Below, piece by piece: positions 1 through 9,014 of a stretch of 32,000 bases of DNA. The translations under genes and the position numbers were made by a program. The stretch spans positions 660,001 through 692,000 of the forward strand of contig NZ_CP007496.1 in the NCBI RefSeq assembly GCF_000803625.1, written 5' to 3'. Origin of the DNA: Candidatus Nanosynbacter lyticus (lineage in GTDB: Bacteria; Patescibacteriota; Saccharimonadia; Saccharimonadales; Saccharimonadaceae). How positions within the stretch are numbered: the stretch's first letter is position 1; each line of letters begins with the position of its first letter. Below the pieces are notes generated by a model. It worked only from the letters and a program-made list of their open reading frames with translations. It made no database searches and was not told the DNA's origin.

Positions 1-5
1 CTATC

Positions 6-1559
6 CTAACTCGGTATATCTCTAAACAAATCAACCTCCTGGCGATCAATAGATATTTTATTCGTCTCCCTGATGCCTTGTAGTATATCGACGTCAACTA
101 TACTTGTGTCTCTAACTGTTTTCATTATGTCGTCCTTTAGCCAATCAATACACCAGATAATAGAATTATCAATATATGCTCTTTCACTGACTGACCGGGT
201 TAATAATTCATTAAATTGCAAGTCCGGATCAATAGAGTAAGATACTCGCTGCAACCAAATATCTAATAAGCCAGTGTTAGGTATAATCTTGAACTTATCA
301 AGAATTTTTTGAACAAGGAGTCCCCTCCTTGACTCACCCGCCCCACGGATAGTTAGACTCGCAACCGCCATCGCCATATTGTAGTATTTAGGGTTTTTAA
401 TTGCCATATTAACTACAATACTCAGCATAACTTCTGGTTTTTCATAATGACGTAAGCTTTTTCCTTGATCTAAGTAATCAAGAAGTTCCTCGTGAAACAT
501 ATTTAGCTGGCGAGACACCATACCTGAATTAGGATATTTATAACTAGCTGCATAAATCTGCATTAACCATTTTGCAAAATTATCTTTTTCTTTCTTTATA
601 TTCGGTATAAATAATTCTTCGATCTTATCCTTTTTAATAGAACTCAAGACTATATCGCTGCTCTTTTTGGTCTTCTGTGCATTTAATCTAAGACCAAGTA
701 TTGCTAAAATTTCAGTTAACTCTTTCAGTATACGAGCTCCTAGATCTAGCCTATTGGTAAAAATTCGATAGTCATCCCTGTAGCGAACAATGGAATATTC
801 TCTTTTATCAATATCTTTTATAGCTTGAGCTAAAAGATTATCAGCATATGCAAAGATAAGCTCAGCAATAAAATCAGAAAGAGTGTTTCCCTGAGGTATC
901 CCATTTGTTTGTCGATGATTCATCATCTGAAAATGCTCATCAATTTTACCTCCCAAAGATTTTTTATCACGGTTAGCATAAGCCTCGTCTTTACCATGAA
1001 GAGCCCATGAAATAGAATGCGTATATATTGATCCATAACAGTTTGCAACATCAGTTTCTAAGACATATCGAAACTCAAGACCTTTAGCCGCACAGTTTTG
1101 CTCAAATTTCTCCCACCAAGCACGTATTTGCTCCGCTTTCGCGCTTTTCTTTTTTGAGGGTTGCACTGGAATACTAGCAACTTCAATATTACAACCCCTC
1201 CTTAACTCAGAAAATCGCTTTTTTATAACACTCCAATTATCCTCTTTAGTGATATAATGCACTAACCCTACATAAAGAACCGGATTTATTATCTCAAATG
1301 GCCTCCAGGCTAGTTCACCGTCTTTGTTGCCGTAAATCACTTTATTTACATCATGTCTATCTCGTGGGTCTTTCTTCTTACGGCCACCATCCTCTGGATC
1401 AAAAAAATAATTAACATCATAACCGCCCATCTTACTTGACACAGCTTGAAGTATTGGATCAAAGTTAAAATATTCAGGCAAATCAAAGTTTACATAACTT
1501 TTACCGTCCAGCAAAAAAGCACGAGCTTGCTTATGATCAAGTTCTAATATATTAGCCAT
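6..1559 (-). CDS. Reverse transcriptase (standalone, UG/Abi/DRT-like), inside a type I R-M locus
   Basis: 517 aa ORF with ordered RT motifs: motif A 'LETDVANCYGSIYTHSISWALHGK', motif B 'NGIPQGNTLSDFIAEL', motif C 'YSIVRYRDDYRIF' (YxDD), motif D 'ILGLRLNAQKTKKSS'. No maturase, integrase or group II intron features seen. The start codon overlaps the hsdS stop by 1 nt. Confidence 0.9.
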   Translation of the reverse strand: MANILELDHKQARAFLLDGKSYVNFDLPEYFNFDPILQAVSSKMGGYDVNYFFDPEDGGRKKKDPRDRHDVNKVIYGNKDGELAWRPFEIINPVLYVGLVHYITKEDNWSVIKKRFSELRRGCNIEVASIPVQPSKKKSAKAEQIRAWWEKFEQNCAAKGLEFRYVLETDVANCYGSIYTHSISWALHGKDEAYANRDKKSLGGKIDEHFQMMNHRQTNGIPQGNTLSDFIAELIFAYADNLLAQAIKDIDKREYSIVRYRDDYRIFTNRLDLGARILKELTEILAILGLRLNAQKTKKSSDIVLSSIKKDKIEELFIPNIKKEKDNFAKWLMQIYAASYKYPNSGMVSRQLNMFHEELLDYLDQGKSLRHYEKPEVMLSIVVNMAIKNPKYYNMAMAVASLTIRGAGESRRGLLVQKILDKFKIIPNTGLLDIWLQRVSYSIDPDLQFNELLTRSVSERAYIDNSIIWCIDWLKDDIMKTVRDTSIVDVDILQGIRETNKISIDRQEVDLFRDIPS

Positions 1560-2668
1560 TATATCTTAATCTCTCCGGAAATTAATTTTGGTAAAAGCAA
1601 ATCACGAATTTTGGACAAATAATCTATTTGCTTCTTGTTTTCATGTATCATATCAAACAATGGTCGCACCATCTGCTCGAAATCATCAAACTCGCAATCT
1701 GATAAATCAACAATTTCCAAAAGCTCTATGTGCTTTGGATAAATATGCGGCTGACCAGAGCCAGTTTGCATATCGTATATCTCTTTTTGCTTGTTCTTGA
1801 GGAATAAATAGTAGGTATAAACATATTTGGTAATTGTTGAGTCAATGTACGAAGAGTCTGCCGACCATACTGGTTCACCCCAAACAGACACAAAACCAGC
1901 ATTTGCTCCGGATGCACTTATCGTGATAACTGGCGCGGTCGTATTTGCTTCATTGTGAAATCCGGCTGGCTTCAGTCCACCGCTAATAACCGGTGTGTCA
2001 CCACAAATCATATCTCTAGCTTGCAAACTTCTACCTCTTTTTGGATGAAACTTTTTTCCTAAAGGTATGGTCTGTATATTACCATTACTCTGCTTAGCTT
2101 TATCAACAAAATAATGACGAAAGAGGGTTTGGCCAAGCTGCTCGAGGGTTTCGTTCATGCGGCGGTTGAGCTCGATTTTTTCATCAAGGCTGCTGAGGAT
2201 ATCGGCAATTTTCTTTTGTTGGTAGAGTGGCGGCAGATTGATGGTCATAGCTGATATTTGCTTAGAACCCAAATTCTGCTGAGCAGCACCAACAGCAGCG
2301 CTTAGGAGTTTTTCATAACTATTTACAAGATAATAGTACACGAATCTATAATCAGCTTTGTTGTTATCAATTATTAAATTGCAACAGGCTTGATTTGTAG
2401 CCAATGGAATCTTATTAATCGCAGACCTGCCGGCAGTTGCACCATACATAGCTACAATCACGGAATCTTCAGGGATAATCTTTGCCGATGAGTTCTTTAG
2501 CCCTAATTCTGTAATTGTTTTTTCAGTTGAATAAATATTACCAAAATTAACCTCCTGAGTCCTTAACCACGGTATACCGCCACCATAGTAATCATCCCTC
2601 TTGGTTAACGGCGTTCCACCAGATGTAATTTTAGTACAAATATCGCTCAACGAAACCGTCTGTATCAT
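1559..2668 (-). CDS. hsdS: Type I restriction-modification specificity subunit HsdS
   Basis: 369 aa. Two target-recognition-like halves ('VSLSDICTKITSGGTPLTKRDDYYGGGIPWLRTQEV', 'PVISGGLKPAGFHNEANTTAPVITISASGANAGFVSVW') and conserved helical spacers ('LPPLYQQKKIADILSSLDEKIELNRRMNETLEQLGQTLFRHYF'). Confidence 0.93.
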   Translation of the reverse strand: MIQTVSLSDICTKITSGGTPLTKRDDYYGGGIPWLRTQEVNFGNIYSTEKTITELGLKNSSAKIIPEDSVIVAMYGATAGRSAINKIPLATNQACCNLIIDNNKADYRFVYYYLVNSYEKLLSAAVGAAQQNLGSKQISAMTINLPPLYQQKKIADILSSLDEKIELNRRMNETLEQLGQTLFRHYFVDKAKQSNGNIQTIPLGKKFHPKRGRSLQARDMICGDTPVISGGLKPAGFHNEANTTAPVITISASGANAGFVSVWGEPVWSADSSYIDSTITKYVYTYYLFLKNKQKEIYDMQTGSGQPHIYPKHIELLEIVDLSDCEFDDFEQMVRPLFDMIHENKKQIDYLSKIRDLLLPKLISGEIKI

Positions 2669-3960
2669 CGCTCATCACTTTCTGTAGAGATTGTTGTATA
2701 TAAACCAATGAGAGCAGTCGCCTCCTCAAAATCTTGTAGGTTTTCGCCACTTCGCCCCCTACCTTCAGAAGCAAAGATATTTTTGTATTCCACTATCAAC
2801 GCATCTACCGCCTTCTCTTTCATCTCCTCTTGCGATAAACTTGAACCATCCTCATATACAAATCTTTCTGCATATCCAAGAGCACTATATGAATTAGCAG
2901 TAAAATCTCTTAGTACGCCCTCACCTCTGCCTGATTTGAATTGTTCATATAAACTATCGTTTTTTATCTTTAGCGCAAGGGCCAGAGGTACGAACACAAG
3001 CTGTGTCGGATATTGGTCCTTCCTCCAGTTGTTATTTCTTGTCAGAAACCGACTCACCAAACGAAGTGATGAATAGTATGAATTAATTTCACGCATCTCA
3101 AAGCCGTAGTATTCTATAGCGTCAAATGCAACTCCATTAACTATCATGCTGCCTTCCATCCAGTCAAGTACGCTTCTTGCATACACTTCGATGCTCAACT
3201 TACGCAAACCAAACGTAAAATCAAAAAATTTATTTAGATACGCATATCCATCAAAGTCACTTCCGTAATATTTCTTAATTGTATGTGAAAGTTGATTGAC
3301 ATTTGTCGTAATGATGAACGTCACATCATCACGCATAAAATAATGCTTAACAACCTCTAGCAACTCGACAGCAAAAGACGGACGACAGCGATCAAGCTCA
3401 TCAATTACAAAAATGAGTCTTTCGGAATCACCTTTTAACTTATCAATGAATTCGTTTACTGTATCGTGTCGATTTACTTGATCTTTTACCGCTTTGACAA
3501 GGTCAGCCTTACTAGTCTTATTATCAATGTCTATAAAATCATGGGTTATGTTCTTTAATCCTGCAGACATGGTTATCATACTAAGAGCCTTCTTTATCGA
3601 GCCTTGGGTCAGACTTTCATCGTCGTCCGCTATCAACTTTAGCAACATAGCACTGAGCGCGTCGCCAAGATAATCATATTCCCACGCATTGAAATAGAAA
3701 GTTTTTTGTTTTTCTCGCAAAAGGTTGATTGCATTCTCGTCAAGAGTATTATGGCCATAATCTTGAATAGCACTGTCAGATAACATTAGTAGTTGCTTTA
3801 CAAACACCGTTTTACCGGATCCCCATGCACCATCAATTGCCAAAACGGTACTTTCTTTCAATGAATTTAGTAGCTTCACAAGCATTGACAGCTGATTGTT
3901 ACGCAGAATAGTATTATTGTGCAAATGCCTTAGGATTTGTTTATCTGTTAATTCTTTCAT
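2665..3960 (-). CDS. KAP-family-like P-loop NTPase
   Basis: 431 aa. Walker A 'AIDGAWGSGKTVFVKQLL', Walker B 'LIFVIDELDRCRPSFAVELLEVVKHYF', typical of KAP NTPases. 4-nt ATGA overlap with hsdS. Confidence 0.85.
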   Translation of the reverse strand: MKELTDKQILRHLHNNTILRNNQLSMLVKLLNSLKESTVLAIDGAWGSGKTVFVKQLLMLSDSAIQDYGHNTLDENAINLLREKQKTFYFNAWEYDYLGDALSAMLLKLIADDDESLTQGSIKKALSMITMSAGLKNITHDFIDIDNKTSKADLVKAVKDQVNRHDTVNEFIDKLKGDSERLIFVIDELDRCRPSFAVELLEVVKHYFMRDDVTFIITTNVNQLSHTIKKYYGSDFDGYAYLNKFFDFTFGLRKLSIEVYARSVLDWMEGSMIVNGVAFDAIEYYGFEMREINSYYSSLRLVSRFLTRNNNWRKDQYPTQLVFVPLALALKIKNDSLYEQFKSGRGEGVLRDFTANSYSALGYAERFVYEDGSSLSQEEMKEKAVDALIVEYKNIFASEGRGRSGENLQDFEEATALIGLYTTISTESDER

Positions 3961-3969
3961 TTCTTCCCC

Positions 3970-4332
3970 TTAACCTTCTCCTTCACAGATAGCCCAGATG
4001 CGAAAATTGGTAGCAATATTTGACTTCACACGGTAACCAAGCTCAATTAACGTGTCTAGGCTATAATGCTCTATATTCCTTGAGACCTCACGATCACCTT
4101 TAGTTTGAACTATAAAGAATTTCTTTATAGTTGCCGAAGGGACGAGCGCTTTCTCTTCGTAGATATTCTTAATATGTTGGCCTATATTTTGCCTTGTAGT
4201 CTGAAATACCTGGGCCAACTGCACTTGAGTGAGCCACATATTTTCATCTTGTAGCCTAGCTTGAATCTGCGGCTTGCCGTCATCGCCAACATACAACACC
4301 ATCTCGCTGTTCGGGTTGTTGCTATTCATCAT
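3970..4332 (-). pseudogene. Truncated RhuM-like protein, N-terminal part only
   Basis: 120 aa 'MWLTQVQLAQVFQTTRQNIGQHIKNIYEE...HYSLDTLIELGYRVKSNIATNFRIWA' matches the N-terminal signature of RhuM/virulence-associated proteins, then ends abruptly in 'ICEGEG*'. The family is normally about 300 aa or longer. Confidence 0.6.
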
Positions 4333-5816
4333 TTGGTTTCTTTCTCTATTTTGGCAAGATTTTCTTTTATTTTTACCTCTAACTCACGGCTCTTCGCAAA
4401 TTGCCCTTCAAGCTCAGCCGTCAACCGAGCAAATTTCTCGGCGAACGGCTCATCGTCTTCCTCGGCCTCTTCGACACCAACGTAACGACCGGGTGCCAGT
4501 ACGTAATCATGCTGCTTGATTTCTTCTAGATCAGCGACTTTGCAGAAGCCCTGCTGGTCAGCGTAATCCGCGCTGGCAGTTTTATAATCGTGATATGTCT
4601 TTGCTACCCTGGCAATATCTTCTTCGGTCAGCTCGCGGTTACGACGGGTGACCATTTTACCCAAATTACGCCCATCGATGAACAGTACTTTACCGTGACG
4701 ATTAGCACGATCGCGCGACACAAACCACAGACAGCACGGTATAGCGACGTTAAAAAATAACTGACTCGGCAGTGTGACGATGGCGTCAACCATATCATTG
4801 AGCACTAGCTGCTTGCGGATGTCACCTTCGCCGCCAGTTTGACTGCTCATGCTCCCGTTTGCCAACACAAAACCTGCCGTACCACGCGGGCTCAAGTGGT
4901 GAATCATATGTTGAATCCAGGCAAAGTTAGCATTACCCTTTGGCGGCAGTCCATACTTCCAGCGTGGGTCGGCCTGCAAATGTTCTTGACCCCAGTCACT
5001 AATATTAAACGGTGGGTTAGCTAAGATATAATCAGCTTTCAGGTCAGGAAGCTGGTCATCCATCAAGGTGTCGCCGCGTTTGATATTTGCGTCAATTCCC
5101 CGAATTGCCATATTCATTTTAGCGAGTCGCCAAGTGGTTTCGTTGAGCTCCTGACCATACACCGCGATATCGCTAACGCGGCCCGCATGCTCCTCGACAA
5201 ACTTCTCACTCCAGACGAACATACCACCACTACCGCAACATGGGTCGTACACGCGCCCACTGTATGGCTCAAGCATTTCTACCAGCAATTTCACGATGGA
5301 GCGCGGCGTGTAGAATTCACCACCATGCTTACCCTCACTGTCGGCAAACATACCCATAAAATATTCGTACACTTGACCAAGCAAGTCTTTGGAGCTGGCA
5401 GTATCAAATTTAATATTGGTAAATAAATCGATGAGTTCACCTAGGCGACGCTTATCCAGAGCTTCACGAGCATAATTTTTTGGCAACACTCCCTTCAGAC
5501 TAGGGTTGTCGCGCTCAATCGCCTCCATGGCACTATCAACTAAGACGCCAATTTCTGGCTGTTTGGCACTCGCCACTAGGTATTCCCAACGAGCCTCCTT
5601 GGGAATCCAAAAAATATTCTCCGCCAAATACCAATCCTGGTCTTCAGGATCATAATTCTCATCAATCGCTGTCTGATATCGCACCGAAAACGCATCCGAA
5701 ACATATTTTAGAAAGATCAACCCCAGTACCACATATTTATAGTCCGACGAACTAATATTACCCCGTAGTTTATCCGCCGCAGCCCACAACTGCTTTTCAA
5801 GCTCCCTCGTATTCAT
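4329..5816 (-). CDS. hsdM: Type I restriction-modification N6-adenine methyltransferase subunit HsdM
   Basis: 495 aa with '[12 protein letters not shown]' (SAM-binding), '[11 protein letters not shown]' (NPPF catalytic motif) and '[15 protein letters not shown]'. Confidence 0.96.
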   Translation of the reverse strand: MNTRELEKQLWAAADKLRGNISSSDYKYVVLGLIFLKYVSDAFSVRYQTAIDENYDPEDQDWYLAENIFWIPKEARWEYLVASAKQPEIGVLVDSAMEAIERDNPSLKGVLPKNYAREALDKRRLGELIDLFTNIKFDTASSKDLLGQVYEYFMGMFADSEGKHGGEFYTPRSIVKLLVEMLEPYSGRVYDPCCGSGGMFVWSEKFVEEHAGRVSDIAVYGQELNETTWRLAKMNMAIRGIDANIKRGDTLMDDQLPDLKADYILANPPFNISDWGQEHLQADPRWKYGLPPKGNANFAWIQHMIHHLSPRGTAGFVLANGSMSSQTGGEGDIRKQLVLNDMVDAIVTLPSQLFFNVAIPCCLWFVSRDRANRHGKVLFIDGRNLGKMVTRRNRELTEEDIARVAKTYHDYKTASADYADQQGFCKVADLEEIKQHDYVLAPGRYVGVEEAEEDDEPFAEKFARLTAELEGQFAKSRELEVKIKENLAKIEKETK

Positions 5817-5822
5817 AGATAG

Positions 5823-5828
5823 ATTATA
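5823..5828 (-). promoter_or_regulatory. Leaderless-type -10 for hsdM
   Basis: Minus strand TGATATAAT-CTATCT-ATG; extended -10, 6 nt before the start codon. Confidence 0.7.
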
Positions 5829-5846
5829 TCAGATTTTGAGGCTCAT

Positions 5847-6500
5847 TTACTCTGCGTGCAGCAAGCTCTTGTAATTAAGTTTTGTAACGATAATATGATC
5901 ATTAAGCGTAATACCAAGCAGTTTTCCCGCTTCCACCAGCCTGTTCGTTACTTCTTTATCAGCAATACTGGCCCCTAAACACCCGCTCGGATGATTATGC
6001 GCCACGATAATCGAGGCGGCACGGTCGGCGATGGCGTCGGCGAAGACCTCGCGCGGATGTACCAAGCTGGCGGTCAGCGTGCCGATGGTCACCACCCGCT
6101 TGGCGATCAAACGATTCGCGCCGTCCAGCGTCAGGCAGACAAAATATTCCTGCTTTTTGTCGCGAATGTCGGCCAGTAGCTCGACGGCCTTTTCTGGGCT
6201 GTCGATGATTGGTTGGTCGCTATCTAGCAAGTACCGCCGCGCCAGTTCCAAACTTGCCAGAATCACCGGAATTTTCGCTTCGCCCAAACCAACCACGCTA
6301 CGCAGATCATCATACGAAACATCGCCGCCTTTTTGACGCAAAATTTTCAGTACCTCGCGCGCAATTTTACTGACATCGGCCCGAGCGTTGCCGCTGCCAA
6401 TAATCGCCATCAACAGCTCCAAGTCACTCAGCCGCGCCGTACCGTAACGCGCCAATTTCTCGCGGGGACGGTCGATTTTTGGCTTGTCGAGCACTTTCAT
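5847..6500 (-). CDS. radC: RadC-like JAB-domain protein
   Basis: 217 aa: 'RPREKLARYGTARLSDLELLMAIIGSG...' N-terminus and 'HPREVFADAIADRAASIIVAHNHPSG' JAMM-type motif. Confidence 0.93.
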   Translation of the reverse strand: MKVLDKPKIDRPREKLARYGTARLSDLELLMAIIGSGNARADVSKIAREVLKILRQKGGDVSYDDLRSVVGLGEAKIPVILASLELARRYLLDSDQPIIDSPEKAVELLADIRDKKQEYFVCLTLDGANRLIAKRVVTIGTLTASLVHPREVFADAIADRAASIIVAHNHPSGCLGASIADKEVTNRLVEAGKLLGITLNDHIIVTKLNYKSLLHAE

Positions 6501-6506
6501 AGTTTC

Positions 6507-6512
6507 ATTATA
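6507..6512 (-). promoter_or_regulatory. Leaderless-type -10 for radC
   Basis: Minus strand TGATATAAT-GAAACT-ATG. Confidence 0.7.
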
Positions 6513-6597
6513 TCAGGCTTCAACCATTCATCAGCTGCCAATCTTCGCGCTATCATTTCGTGCAGCCCTATTTATCGCTTACACCACGCAAAGATCA

Positions 6598-8355
6598 TCA
6601 GCTATTCGGAATCGCTCTAGCTTGTCGGCCGCGCGCCACACACATCGCCACCACCAACATACCAACCAGCCGCGACACCAATGACGAGTCATCCGCAGCC
6701 GATTGAGTCGTTGTCACCACTCCCTCTTCTGGATTTAGCGGACTATCGTCTGACCATAAACCAAATGATGGATGGATATTCATCAGCAAATCATCACCAT
6801 TCGCTACATTTTCTTCGCCATTATAGACACAATCATCCAGAGCATCGTTAAGTTCTACTTGCTCTCCGGACAGGTTGATGCCTGATTTTATATCACTAAC
6901 ATCCATAATTACACTTTCAATTTTATCATCACTGCGCAGCAAATCGCTTTTTTCCGATGTTTTCACAAACCTAAATTCACACTTCTCACGAGGCACGGGA
7001 CATTCCTCTGGAATTTTCGCTGCCACCTCGTCCGACTCAATATCAGGTATTGTTTCGATAATCGATGAAGTGGAAATAGTTACTTGCTCCACTGGCTTAT
7101 AGTCATCAGTTTCTTCACGCACTGTAATGGTTTCTATTGGCAGCGCAATCGTCACTGCTTCAGCCGAAGACACTTCCGACTCTACTGCTGGCGACTCCTG
7201 CCGTTCGACAAAGAAAACCGTATCTTCTTCAGCCCAAAAATCATTATCCTTATCATGACTACGCTCTACCGCTACATTGTTATAGTCAAGTTGCTCAATT
7301 GACGATATCTGTGTATCAATGAAAATTTGATCCGCCGCCAATACGTCAATCTCCTCATTTGGAGGATTAACCTTAGCTTCATCAATTATTGCGGTATCAA
7401 CCAGCCGCTCATTATCAATACTGTCAGTCGATTCGACAAAATTATTATAATCCGGCGTCGCATCTAAGGATTCTGGTGTCGGTTTCTTGTTGTCATTATG
7501 CGCTGCGTCAGAAATAGCATCAATGACGTGTGACTTCACCTCTATTGAAGGACTACTCGCCTCTGCTGTTTCGGTAAAATGCCCTTCGCCAGAAATTTCG
7601 CTAGTACTTTCTGACAGAGCTTCCCCGGCATCTGTAGTATCGTCAGCGGCAATTTCTGGGGCTGTTTTTAACTCAAAGAATGGCGTTTCTACTGCTTCAG
7701 TATCCACATCCTCGCCCGAAGCTTCAACCGCCTGGTTAGTCGAAGTTTTATCTTCTCGTTCCTGCGATATGAGTTTCTCAGTTGACTTATTTGTTTTAGT
7801 TGTCAAATCTATGGGTTTTGCCTCTGCCAACACTAGCTCAGGCGCTTTTTTAATAATAGGCTCTTGATAATCGGTAGGCTCTGAATATCCCGCCATCACC
7901 AATTCCCCGCGTCCATTTTCATCCAGACTGTCGAGATCGTCTGGAGCTAGCAATCTCTCCAGATAACTTTCTTTTGGTGTTATTTCCATCAGATTAGGAA
8001 CCGCCTCTTCACCCGCAGAACTCATATCGTCAGATAGTTTATCCTGACTCTCTGATTCCTGTTTCACGGCTAACGCCTGAGGTTTTACACACTGGCTAAG
8101 AAATGGACAGCCAACACATGTCGCGCATGCTGTTTGACCAATTGACGCTGTTACTTCCCCAGTAGAAGGTAGCTCTTCTTCACCGCTAGCCACCGCCACC
8201 AAATCAAACTGCTCAACACTATCAGCCACCGTTTCGCCAATACCAAACAAAAGATCTTCACCACTGACACCATCTCTTAGCGACGAAAATACGTCAGAAT
8301 CATCACCGTCAATTCCTGTCGATGATAATTCTACGGTAGTCGTCGCCCCAATCAT
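6598..8355 (-). CDS. Orphan acidic, low-complexity protein with N-proximal Cx2Cx2Cx5C motif and C-terminal hydrophobic segment
   Basis: 585 aa open frame. 'TACATCVGCPFLSQC' near residue 70, long D/E/S/T-rich region, C-terminal 'SSLVSRLVGMLVVAMCVARG'. ATGA overlap with the upstream reductase ORF supports translational coupling. No recognisable family. Confidence 0.7.
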   Translation of the reverse strand: MIGATTTVELSSTGIDGDDSDVFSSLRDGVSGEDLLFGIGETVADSVEQFDLVAVASGEEELPSTGEVTASIGQTACATCVGCPFLSQCVKPQALAVKQESESQDKLSDDMSSAGEEAVPNLMEITPKESYLERLLAPDDLDSLDENGRGELVMAGYSEPTDYQEPIIKKAPELVLAEAKPIDLTTKTNKSTEKLISQEREDKTSTNQAVEASGEDVDTEAVETPFFELKTAPEIAADDTTDAGEALSESTSEISGEGHFTETAEASSPSIEVKSHVIDAISDAAHNDNKKPTPESLDATPDYNNFVESTDSIDNERLVDTAIIDEAKVNPPNEEIDVLAADQIFIDTQISSIEQLDYNNVAVERSHDKDNDFWAEEDTVFFVERQESPAVESEVSSAEAVTIALPIETITVREETDDYKPVEQVTISTSSIIETIPDIESDEVAAKIPEECPVPREKCEFRFVKTSEKSDLLRSDDKIESVIMDVSDIKSGINLSGEQVELNDALDDCVYNGEENVANGDDLLMNIHPSFGLWSDDSPLNPEEGVVTTTQSAADDSSLVSRLVGMLVVAMCVARGRQARAIPNS

Positions 8356-9014
8356 TGCTCAAAAAATGTCTCCGTTGAAATATGTGATTCATCGACACCG
8401 GCGGCGGTGAGTTTTTGCCAAACATCTCGTACAAATGGCAAGCTACCGCAGACCAGAAAGTGCACCTCACTCGGCACCTCACCAACAATGTTTGCTACCT
8501 CAAACCGCCCATTATACCAGCCATCTCGTTCCTCAACCTGCTGGCGGGTACTAAACTTTTTGACCGTAATATTCGACGCCGCTAACTCCTCAGAAAACAC
8601 CATATATTCTGGCGATTTTTGACTAAAATAGAGAAAGGTCGGCTGCTGGGTGTCTGCCAAAATACTCCAGATCGGACTCAGCCCGCACCCCGCAGCGATG
8701 CCAACCAGCGGCCGCTCGGTTTGCGGATTGAAATCGCCATATGACCGACTAATATGTAACGTATCGCCAACGCGGCGCGAACACAGATAGCTTGAGAATT
8801 CACCGCCAACATTTTTGACGGTAATTGACATCAGCTCCTCACTTGGGCGCGAGGAAATACTATAGGCCTTGCCTTCACGCACCTGGCTGCCCTCAATGAA
8901 CACCGTGATATATTGCCCCGCCATAAAGTCAAACGTTCGCGCAAAATACAGCGTTGTCACCTCAGGGTTTTCCTGGCGCACGCGCACAATTTCGACAGTT
9001 AGTGAATCACGCAT
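8352..9014 (-). CDS. FNR-type FAD/NAD(P)-binding oxidoreductase
   Basis: 220 aa. FAD-binding 'GKAYSISSRPSEE', NAD-binding 'LVGIAAGCGLSPIWSILAD', C-terminal 'HFLVCGSLPFVRDVWQKLTAAGV'. In operon with nrdDG. Confidence 0.88.
   Translation of the reverse strand: MRDSLTVEIVRVRQENPEVTTLYFARTFDFMAGQYITVFIEGSQVREGKAYSISSRPSEELMSITVKNVGGEFSSYLCSRRVGDTLHISRSYGDFNPQTERPLVGIAAGCGLSPIWSILADTQQPTFLYFSQKSPEYMVFSEELAASNITVKKFSTRQQVEERDGWYNGRFEVANIVGEVPSEVHFLVCGSLPFVRDVWQKLTAAGVDESHISTETFFEQ

Noticed and set aside
6-1559. Assignment of the RT to a named DRT/UG group or retron
   Set aside because: Motifs support a bacterial RT, but group assignment needs phylogeny; no retron msr/msd-like region was identified.
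1588-1917. Short plus-strand ORFs antisense to hsdS
   Set aside because: No homology-like features; antisense to a well-supported CDS.
6875-7867. Plus-strand ORFs opposite the acidic protein (6875-7102, 7487-7867 etc.)
   Set aside because: Mirror ORFs created by the biased composition of the minus-strand gene, with no promoter, SD or recognisable domain. The reverse possibility, that the minus ORF is spurious, is less likely because of the operon overlap and coherent Cys/TM features.
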